From: Azolla caroliniana
Lineage: Eukaryota > Plantae > Polypodiophyta
DNA length: 64,000 nucleotides
Assembly: GCA_043228905.1 (NCBI GenBank)
Contig: JBHGNT010000002.1
Location: 2,046,001 to 2,110,000 of the forward strand
Direction of reading: 5' to 3'
Numbering within the stretch: the stretch's first letter is position 1; every line of letters begins with the position of its first letter. The notes beneath the pieces are model-generated. The model was given only the letters and a program-made list of their open reading frames with translations, did no database searches and was not told where the DNA came from. Positions 25,201 to 37,200 of this stretch are shown in pieces. A program made the position numbers and the translations under genes.

Positions 25201-28200
25201 GTATGAGCAAAGACTATGGCATTGTTCCAGCTGCAGAGCACCATGCTTGCATAGTTGATAACCTTAGCTGCATGGGACAAATATATGAAGCCATATGGAT
25301 GATCAAGAAGTTACCGTTTTCTATTTATGGTGCTACATGGAATACAGTCTTAGATGTATGTAAAACTGTAGGAAATGTGCGCCTTGGCAACTATGCATTC
25401 AATCATTTGGTAGGCCCCACACAAAGCTCTTGTTAATTTCATGTTATGCAAAAAGGAGAAAAAAACTAAGTACTTTTCTATAGTCTACATGCTTCGTATT
25501 GCAACTTACTCAAAAAAGCTGCCTATTACGTTATGGAAAAACTTCAAATGGATGTGTTAATCCAAAGAAAGAATCATTGGGACAAGGTGGGCAAAATCAG
25601 TGCTCCAAAGTAGCTGATAATAATAATTGACAAGGACACTGCATTTGTACAGGATCGTTTACCATTGCCAAATGCTTTTAGACTAAATCAGAACAAACTT
25701 TTCTTGCTCAATATGCTTGATGAGATTGTTTGTGGAGCTTGAAAAAATTGAATAATTGCAACTCAGTCTCCACACATATCTCAGATAGGGAAACATAAGT
25801 TGTGTATCTTTCAATGAATTGTTCCTTAAGATAGAGCGGGAAACATTGGGCATTTGAATTGGGGATGATGGAGCGAGTTAGTGTGTATACGTATACATGT
25901 TTTTCTTCCAAGTAGTGTAAGAGGTTTTATATTGAACAACATGCAGGTGCATTTGGTTGCTTTGCCCCCTTACACACAGATTTCCCTGATGTTTTGATAG
26001 AGGTGGAAATGAATGTTCTGTGAATCAATGACTTTTGCCAATGTTCAAAATGGTCTCCTGATACAAATTAGTCTAAAGCCAAATCTAGCTGAGGATCCAT
26101 TCAATCACCAATAGTTATCAGTAATGTCTCTTTCTCCCAAAAATGAAAGAAATGACATTGATTGGTTACAATTTGGGAAGGCCTAGGGTCATGATGAATT
26201 GGTAAATGAGCACTTTATCTATGTTGGGAACACCTTGCTCCCTTTGCAAGCGCACATCTTTAATAGAGCTATTCCTGATGTTTTTCCAACTAGCTGGACA
26301 GAACATACCATTGTGCCAGAATTCAAGACTGGAGACCCCATGATGGCGATCAAATATAGGACTAGGACAATCACCAATAGTTATCAATAATGTCTCTTTC
26401 TCCCAAAAATGAAAGAAACAACATTGATCGGTTACAATTTGGGAAGGCCTAGGGTCATGATGAATTGGTAAATGAGCACTTTATCTATGTCGGGGACACC
26501 TTGCTTCCTTTGCAAGCACACATCTTTAATAGAGCTATTTCTGACGTTTTTCCAACTAGCTGGACAGAACATACCATTGTGCCAGAATTCAAGACTGGAG
26601 ACCCCATGATGACGATCAAATATAGGACAATCATGATTGGCCATTATTTTGCTAAACTATATGGCTCAATCCTAGCGCGAGAATTTTGAGTGTATGGGCT
26701 GAGAGGAACGGCTCTCTTCAGCTGGTAATGTAGACGTTTGAAAAGAGTTCACAACTACGGATAACATATTGACATTCAAACCCTTATAGAGGACGGCAGA
26801 GCCAACAAAAAGAGAATTTATTTCTGCCTTCCATCTTGTTTTGCATGTTCAGTGATAGAGAGATATAGAAAAAAGATAGAAAGAAAGAAAGAAAGATATA
26901 TTAATGTCTTTTAAGAGGCCAAAATGGCCTATAAGACCAAATAAGAGATTACATCTTGAGTGTTTTCTCGTCTTTGAGAACAAATCAAAATAAAATAAAT
27001 ATTACACAGTAAATATAAAAGTAAATAAGATGAAAAGAGAAGAAATGAGGGAATCTGGTTTTTGGCACATGTGAGACTCTCAAGTTAGGTATATTGTAGC
27101 TTTTGTCTTCGAAAGATCTCTAGCATAGGTCGATCCAGAATGGAAATGTCTCTGAAGCAAGGGAAGCACCTATGATGGTGGGTTTGTCGATGAGAAGGGT
27201 GTTGAGGTCGTGGTCCATGTGGCCAGGGCCTATGTGCATGGCAAATTGCTATTGCCCGATCAATTGTAACCCCTTTGTTATGTCCTGGTTTGGGCCCATT
27301 TGTGTATCCCGTGATGGACTTGTAGCATTTGTAGGAGTGATGGGGCTAAAGAATGTTGTAATTGTTCTTTGTGGATGAGCTTGTGTGGTTGTATTCTTTA
27401 ACAAGTTTTCCCGATGTCTCTTGAGCTCTAGCAAGAAAAGTCCTAGGCATCGTTTGTCCTCATATTCCATTACCTTGCGTAGTGGGCCAAACCCTTGTTT
27501 AAATAGGCAATGATATCTCCCTCTGATTTCATAAAAGACAGTACAGTGACAAACATAGTGTTCCTCAGATTCCACTCCTTGATGACACAATTGGCAAATT
27601 CTCTCTTCTAGAGGTAGTCGTGTATATCTGCCTACCTCAATCTGTAGCTGATGTGATGAAGTTCGCAGCTGGCCTATCACACTACGCAACTCATAGGATA
27701 GATGTATGTCCATATAAGGTGGCCTGATAACGAATCCATCCACCGATGTGTGGAAGAAATGTGTCTTATAGTCGGCCATCTTTGTACCAAGTGGTATTTT
27801 GGGGCTGATCCATGTTATCTTGTTTTCCAAGTTAATAATATCAGTTCAGATCACTTTGTTCTTTTCCACTTTGGTCATATTTAGATGGGGACAGTCCAAG
27901 CTATATTGGAACGGGGGTACTGCATTTATACTCATGCCATGTGACTCGAACCATTGCTGCATTTCAGAATACCAACAATGAGTGTCTCCATTTTCAGCCA
28001 GTTGTCTTGATGACATAAGTGCCAACCTTGGGTACCTTTGTTTAGGGAGCTCCCAAAGACGTGGGATAAATGTCACTGATCATAACAATGCCTCGGTTAT
28101 TATAGAGAAGAGAAGAGGAAGGAAGAAAGGAAGAAAGAAAGAAAGAAATATTAACGTCTTTTAAGAGGCCAAAATGACCTATAAGTCCAAATAAGAGATT

Positions 28201-31200
28201 ACATCTTAAGTGTTGTCTCGTCTTTGAGAACAAATCAAAATAAAATAAATATTACACAGTAAATATAAAAGTAAATAAGATGAAAAGAAAAGAAATGAGG
28301 GAATCTGGTTTTTGGCACATGTGAGACTCCTAAGTTAGGTATATTGTAGCTTTTGTCTTTGATCTCTAGCATAGGTCGATCCAGAATGGAAATGTCTCTG
28401 AAGCAAGGGAAGCACCTATGATGGTGGGAGATAATGGCTTTTATCTGTCGATGAGAAGGGTGTTGACGTCGTGGTCCATGGGGCCGGGGCTTCCGTGCAC
28501 GGCAAATTGCCATTAGGAAAACAATACCATTAGGAAGAAAGAAATAAAGATATATTAATGTCTTTTAAGAGGCCAAAATGGCCTATAAGACCAAATAAGA
28601 GATTACATCTTGAGTGTTGTCTCGTCTTTGAGAACAAATCAACCATTAGGAATACTTTAATAAACCATTAGGAAAACAATACCATGTTCTTAGACTCCAA
28701 AAGTAACAACCCCAAATAACTACTCTAATCTCAATGATACTAGTTCATAATAGTCTTTCCTTCTTCTTTTTTTCTTCTACCAAGACTCCTCTCACTTCTA
28801 GCCTTCTTATTCCTACTCCCCCCTTCTTGTACATATTCTATTCTTCCTCCCTCTCCCCCCTTTTTTCTTGCCCTCCTATTTATAGGTTTTTGGTTGCGTT
28901 GTTCTTGTTTTTTCTTTGTCTTTTCTTTTTACATATCCTCGAGTTTATGTGAGGTGTTTTTTTATAGGGAAAAGTACCAGGATACCCCTGGAAGTTCGTC
29001 TATTTACCAGAATGTCCTTGGAAGTTCCAAATTTACCAAACTACCCCTATGTCCAAAAAATTACACTTTATAAAGTAATTATACACTCAAATCTTTGATA
29101 CATAGGGCTAGTTCGGGTCCATTTCTTCCATCTTTGGTAAATAGGGCTTGTAGATTTGAGTGTATAATTACTTTATAAAGTGTAATTTTTTGGACATAGG
29201 GGTAGTTTGGTAAATTTGGAACTTCCAGGGGCATTCTGGTAAATAGATGAACTTCCAGGGGTATCCTGGTACTTTTCCCTTTTTTATATCACTATTTCTG
29301 CTTTGTCATCCCAAATTTGTCATACAAGAAAGATCTCTTTGTCAGCTTTCTTACGAATCTTTTCTTTTGAAATTTGGATATGAGATGAACAAGTTATTAG
29401 CTTTTTTTCTTTGCCCTGCCTTTTTTGTTTTTTTTCTGCGTCTTTTTTTCTTTTTCTTTTTTCTGCTTTCTCTACTTTTGAAAAACGCCTCTAACATTAT
29501 ATCCCTTCAAGTTCCTTCGTCTTTTAACTCTTGAACCTTTCATATCATGCTTTATTCTTATACACCTCAAATTTGACTTCACACTCAACTAATGCAGAAG
29601 CTAGAAGGCCTTGGTGTCCCTCAAATTTGCAATAGGTAATCTATGCCTTTGTGTAAGGAAAAAGTGTGATTTTCTAACCAATGGGTTGTAGAAGGCTGTG
29701 GGTAGCACACTTGGAGTAAAATAAGGATACCCACTACCACCCACTCTCCTGTCTCCATATAAATAAAATATTACATTGCATTGAGAGATTTGGCAGTTCA
29801 AGGACATGCGTAGCGGGTATAGCCATATAAATATTACTATATGCTGATGATATTGTGCTGATCTCCGATTCTTTGGAGTGACCGCAAATGCTTCTAAATG
29901 CTTTTAAAACCATTTTGTACTGACAAAGATTTGTCGGTAACCCTAGATAAAACTAAAGCTATGGTGTTTAACACCACTCAAGCATGGATAACAAGTTCAA
30001 AACCGCAATTCTTCATGGGAGAGGAAAAGGTGACCCACTGTAAGGCACACTTTTTACATACATTATTAGGCCCTTTTATATGGACATACATCTATACCAT
30101 GCATTGCAATGTGGTAGGGGCAGTTGCAGACCCCTTCACATATAATTAGAGTTTGAGGTTGGATATGCACACAACTTTGGAACAAAGAATTTGCCAATTG
30201 CATCATCAGGGAATGAAATCTGAATAATCCTATGTTTGTCATTGTAGGGGTTTTTATGAAATAAGAGGGAGATACCATTCCTTTTTAACCAAGACAATGG
30301 AATGTTCTTGCTAGAACCTAAGGGTGTAGCAAGAAGTTGTTGGACAACAATACCACCACACAACCTCATCAACAAAGAACAATAATAACGTTTTGTATCC
30401 CCATCACTTGTATTTTATTTTATGTTATTCATCCCACAAGTCAACTAAGGGCTACACAAGTGAGCTCCCGACTAAGACATTGCAAAGGGGTTACAATAGA
30501 TCAGGCAATAACAATTTGTTGTGCATGTAAGCCTTTGCCTTGTGGACCACAATCTCACCACCCTTGTCATCAATAGATAAAGGCCATGATCTCCTATCAT
30601 TGTAGGTGCTTCCCTTGCTTTAGATTTCACCATTTTGGATTGACTTATGCTAGAGATTTTTCGAAGAAAAAATTACAATTTATCTGATTTGAGAATCTTA
30701 CATTCATAGACAATGTAGTTCTTTAGTCACTTCTAATTTTATCTAGATAGATTATTTTTGTTTTGCTGTTCGCAAAGATGAGACAACATTTTAAGATGTA
30801 ACCTCTTGTTTGGTGATAGTCCATTTTGGCCTCTTAAAAGATATTTATACATCTTTGTTGCTTTTCTTTCAGCTTGGATTGTAAGAAGAATAATTATAAT
30901 AAAATGTGAAAGAACCACCACATTTATATGGCCTGACAGATAAAAAAACATAAAACATTATTTATTCATGCAGGAACACTGCTTTACAAGCACAAAACCA
31001 TATTATGCCATGGCAGTATTGTTAGATATAATCAATGATCAGCCCCAAGTTGTAAATCTATCCCCATACGTGCTCTTAGAGTGCACATTTTGTGATAGCA
31101 CCCCAAGTGAGGAGAAGCTAGTCTGCAACTCGATCATATGGGTTGATAAGGTGTCAATTTAGGAAACCGTAGATGCGTAGGACACAATGTATTTAGGAAA

Positions 31201-34200
31201 GAGAGAAGTAGGCTAATAGGATTGGCTATTCAAGTCAACTAGAATATTTTGTGGGCAAGTTATGATGTACTTAGTCTTGAAGGATGTGCCATTGACTTCA
31301 TACAAGGTCTATCTAGCACTAGCCTGTATCTAGGGAGTTGGGTCATATTAAATGACAAATTAGTTGACAGAAAAGGAATCTCCACTACTATAAACTGATT
31401 TTCACATTTAATGTTATACTCAAACCAAACATAGAATATAATCCACTTTCTTACACAGTGGTTGGATCGATTATCAGTCCCCACTAATTTTGTAGTGAGC
31501 TGGTCTAGATCCCATCTAAGCTCTAAGGTGTGAGTGCATGGGTGAACTACCATTGTGAGCTACTCTCATATGTAATAGAAGTTTTGTGTTCGTATATCCA
31601 TCTCTGGGGTTGTAACTCTATATACCTATCTAATCGATTCTCAGTATTTCTAACAAGTATCCCATCTATATATGATTTTAATATTCTATTGTAAATCATC
31701 ATGAGCACATTTTGAGTTGGATTGCATAATCATCTAGTTAACATAACATTATACATTAATGTGGGCATATTGTTTATAAGTTGAAGACAATATTGTGCTC
31801 ATATAAAACTCAAGAAATGTTAGTAACATTGTTGCTTTTCTTTCAGATTGGTTGCATATCCATGTCAAGCACAGATTGCCTTAGGAGAATCAAGGCCCAA
31901 TATTGCTCCTCCTAGGCATGTGCACCTTTTCCACTCAAAAGACCTATTCCTCTATATGCAATTGCATACCTCATCTATATAAAGATTGGAGTAGATTGGG
32001 TGATTGTGGGCATCTTAGTTTCACTCTAATTTTGTGAGCCACAACCTCCAACAATCAATTAGGAGGAGGCATTTTTCTCAATGGTGATTCATATAACGTA
32101 TAGATTCCCCATTGCATATCTATTGGTACTCTAAGAGTTTCTAGTCAATGCATGAGCCAAGCACAGAAATCTACAAAGAAACAACAATTTCTCCTGTATG
32201 AGCTCTTCTTTCCTGAATAAGGAATCAAAGGTCAATATGTGATCCAAAGTGGAAAACCTCTTTTGGAAACCTGCATCTCTGGCTGAATAATTTCCAGACA
32301 TCCACAAAGCAACAATAGATTCTCCTTTTATGAGTTCTTCTCTCAATAAGAAATCAATGGTCGATATATGATCTAAAGTATAGAAACCTGCATCTCTTGC
32401 TGAATAACAGCCATTTTGTTCTGCCCATACACTCAATCATGACTCTAGGATTGAGTTGTATAGTTTGGCGAAGTAATAGCCAACCATGATTGCCCTATAG
32501 TCGCGATGTATTGTGGGATCTGCTTTCTTGCAGATCGGTACAGTAGTGTGTTCTGTCCAACTAGTCTAGAAACACACAGTTTTGTATTAAACATGTATGC
32601 GGAAAGTGGGACAAAAGTGTCACGAGCTTAAATAATCTGATCAGCTAATGATTTTGGCTTCCAAATTGTAACCGACCAATGACATTTCTTATCTTTAGTG
32701 GAGCAAAAAAGTTGGATTCATGTGGATGTGACTCATGTGAGTGGGGGCAGCTTAGGAATGTCATAGAATGCCTTTGTGTATTCATGCCAAGCCTGAGGTG
32801 AAGCTAGTTGTATGCTAGGTTGCTTCTCATTAAACAGTTTCCATGCTCTTTTACTCTCTAAACGCAGGAACAACCTGCATATACCTCAGCATTTAGCAAA
32901 AGGTGTTCAAAGGTCTCTTTTGCTTGTTTATGTGTACAAATCCCCCGAGTCACTTCTTGTTGCAAACATCTCTTTGTATCGCGACATTCCTCATCATATG
33001 AACTATTTTCCATGGCTTTACAGTGTATTGGGTAGGTTGCCAACTGTGATGTGGGGAAAGGCATTTGTGGCCATAAAATGGAATGACTTTGACAAAATTT
33101 GTGTTACTTCCTCTAGAGATGTGAAAGGTATTTACAACGTTGAAGGGTAGCATCTTAAACATGGTCTCATCCTTCTCGTCCTTAATCTCTGTGATATACT
33201 GTTTGTTTTGTGGAAATGACAGCAGGAACATGTGATACTCGTTGAGTTTTGTGATTAGATGAGTAATCTCCTCCGTAACATCTTCTCTTAAAAGATGTTA
33301 ATATGTCTTTCTTCGGTTGGTCATCAATCACAAATCCTTCTGATTATATATATTTTCGGTGTTTATAGGACTTCCTTATGCCCATATTCGGTACGTTGAA
33401 AAAATCCAGCCTGGCATGCCTTTATTCCTTTTCAATTACAGTGACCGCAAACTTCATGGAATATTTGAAGCAGATGGTCATGGTGCTCTTAACATCAATC
33501 CATATGGATGGTCTCCGAATGGCTCTGAAAAAACTCAATATCCAGCACAGGTATTTTTTATTTTATTTTCATCTATAATGCGGACAAGATAAGGCATCCT
33601 CATTAAAAGTTTTGATATTTCAGCATATATAGGTTGGGTTGTAAAGGTGATGTTAAATATAGAGAGCATAACCATATGAGCCATATTGGAAGTGCTGTTG
33701 AATGTGATGATACTAACCTCATTAATCGACTTATGGTCTTGCTTATCTGGTAATGTAGATTTGTCTCCTAAACACTAAGTAACTACTGAAACCAATTAAA
33801 TAATTTATTTATTGCTATACTTCTTTAATCTCTCTTTATTTTATGACCACACTCGCTTTTCACCCATTTATTTTGCTATCAAAGTAGTTTTGGCTTTAGT
33901 AACTTCTCTGGCATACAATATCTCTCAAAAACACATGCTAACATGATGTGATGGGGTTTAGCTATGAAAATCATTTTATGGAGCTTCCAAGGCCTACGGG
34001 CAAGGAAAATTGCTATTGCTCGATCTATTGTAACCCCTTTGTTATGTCCTAGTCAAGAGCCCATTTGTGTAGCCCTTAATTGACTTGTAGCATGCGTAGG
34101 AGTGATGTGGCTCAAGAAAGTTGTGATTGTTTCTTTGTTGATGAGCTTGCTTGGTTGTACTGTTGTCCTCCAACAACTTTTCCCTGTGTCTCTTGACTTT

Positions 34201-37200
34201 TAGCATGAAGTCAAGCTTATTACCATGCGTAGTGGCCAAAGCCTTGTTTAAAGAGGCAATGGTATCTCTCTCTTATTTCATAAAAAACACTACAATGACA
34301 AACACAACATTCTTCAGATTCCACTCCTTGATGACACAATTGACAAATTCTTTCTTCTTGAGGTATTTGTGCATATTTGCCTACAGAGAAAGTTATATTA
34401 ATGTCTTTTAAGAGGCCAAAGTAGCCAAAATGCAATGTGTATTTCTAGACACACAACTTTTGAGGTAGAAACCAAAGAATATATGTTGTTTCACTTCACC
34501 CCATTACCTTGCGAAATTGATTTGAATAGAGATGAATTCACATGACAAATGCTGGATTCATGGTGCTTGAGGAACGACCTACCGTAATTAGATTTGATGG
34601 CTGATCTGGTGTGTAATAAATGCTGATTAAATGTTGAGAAATTTTATATAAAAAATATGTACATGTCTCCATATCTCTACTAGTAGATTATTAGAATCAT
34701 TGCACGTTTATTTCCAGATGATCTAGTTTCTTTTGAGTTTTTCTCTTTGCATGATCTAATGTCATAAGAATGTCCTTGTAGGTACGAGTTAGGGTAAGAC
34801 AAATTTGTGCACCAATCCATGAAAAAGTATTCAAGGAGATCATTTCTGGGAATTATTTTACGCCTGGACACTTCAACTTTGAGTTGAACCACATACAAAC
34901 AAATGCCCTTATTGCACTTTTTACTAAAAACGTCAAAAGTTCTCTCAATAACTCATATCCAAAGCTCAGAGAGAAAGCAGAGTCAGTGGAAGATGAGGAT
35001 GATTGGATGAAGCCCAAGAAAACTGTTTGCTCTTTCAATGGAAAAGCAAAGTCAGAGAAATATGAAGATGACTGGATTAAGCCAAAGAAGACAGGTGGGT
35101 CTACTATGTCAGGAAAACAAAATGAAGAGGCAATGGGACATAAAGATGACTGGATCAAGCCAAACAAGACTGCTATGTCTACCATGACTGCATGGCATAA
35201 TGCTGCACCCTTTAGATCTACTTTGGGGCAAAGCTCAGGAAAATTTCAAGGGAGCAGTGCTATTCCAGGACTAGGTGTAGGAATGAACAGTATAGCAGAT
35301 CCTGGAGAAAATAGTGGTGTAAATGTTGGTGATGATTGGGTGGATTATGAAAACTTTGAAGTAAAGAAGGGTGAAGAGAAATGGACAGAATCTTCGGTTG
35401 ATGAACTATCCATTCAACAGTCCTTGGACTGGAGATTGAAGGTATTACCTGGGAAGGAAAACAGTATTCCTGAGGAAGGTAATAAGAAATTAGAAAAGGA
35501 ACAGGTTCTGGAGAAGCTGAAACACCTCCAGAATGTGAGGACACAGACCAGTGCTGTAGTAAAAGCTGAAGCTCCACCCCTTCAAAATTATGTACAGAAT
35601 GAACCCCCAACTCCACCAAAAATAATTGTAAATCAGCCTAATGCAATAGTTCTTTCAGAATGGGAGAAGATGGCGAGAGAAAGGTGCTTACAAGAGCAAT
35701 CCATGCTGAGGAAGGAGCGTGATCAGCTACGAGAGTTTCTCCAAAGTCTGGATGCTCCCGTAGCCAAAGCCATATCAAAGAATTTGGAACTTTGTGCTTC
35801 TGCTATAGCTCAGGTATATGACATTTTAAGCTCAATTAATTTCAACTCTTATTTCATGTTCTGAATAATTGCTCTGCTTTTTGAAGATGAGGCAAAATGA
35901 GATTGAGGTACGACATATTATGGATGAAGTTTCTCCTCAGGCTGAACTTGTTCGAGAGCTTGACCAACTGAAGAAAAAGAATGCTGTGCTGGAATACACT
36001 CAGGTATTCTGGAAATATCTCAGCTATTAACGATATTTTCTTTCTCTATGATTGGTTGCTCTCTTTTAGTTTAGGCACTTATAAAGATGGCGTGAAGGTG
36101 CTTATGTCTTATCACATGTTATATGCTTTTATGCATGCACATATATTTATGGAACCTACACAAACAACTCAAGTAGACCATTTTTTCGCATGTTCATATC
36201 ATAATTTGTAGCATTAACTCGCGATATACAATTGTGCACTTTGTGTAAAATGTTGTTTTCTGTTGGATAGTTTCTTGTTTGACATTCAAATATCTCAAAT
36301 TGGATTGCTCTTTCCAGCTTCGGATTTGACTCAAGTAGACCATTTTTTTCTCATGTTCATATCATAGTTTGTAGCATTAACTCGGGATGTACAATTGTGC
36401 ACTTTGTGTAAAATGTTGTTTTCTGTTGGATAGTTTCTTGTTTGACATTCAAATACCTCAAATCAGATTCCTCATTCCACCTTAGGATTCATTTCTAAAG
36501 GAATTCTTCTTCATCCTCCACATTCTGAAAGAATCTTGTGTATCCAAAACCACTAAAATGAAACATTCAAGCTTTTCTCAGACACAAGATTTTAACACAT
36601 GATGTAACACAAATTTTTAAGAAGAAAAGATTCAGATGATTCTCAGAAAAGACTCCAAAATCGACAAATAGCAAGAAAAGTCAAGGGACAAATTCTCAAC
36701 TGTAATTGCCTGTCATTTTCCATCTTTTTTTCTAATGCCACTTCAAGAAACTTCTATCACATTGCATGTTGCTGACCAATTTGTAGGGTATTTCATTATA
36801 AAATTATTCATTTACAACATCTTCCCGAAGTAGACATGCCACTTATAAGTTCTACTCGTGTCGATCTTCTGAATTACCTTCCTCAAGTTTTCATTTTCTG
36901 AATGACGACAATTTTTTTTTAACAAACCTCAATTTTGTAATTCCTTACAATATATTTGGATCAATAAGTGATTGGGGATATTTGTCCAATGCCTTGTGCA
37001 GAAAAAGAAGAGATCATATTTTGCTAAATGTGATGCACCTTGTGGCTGTGTTACATTGCCAGAAGGCCATAGTGTATAAAGTAAGGTTTAAACTAGGGAT
37101 AGAGATGATTTAAGTAGTTGTATAAAGTAGGATGATTGTGCCTGTTGGTCAATCGACCAACAAATATTTACTTCCAGCCAAAGTGCGGGATAGAGACTCA

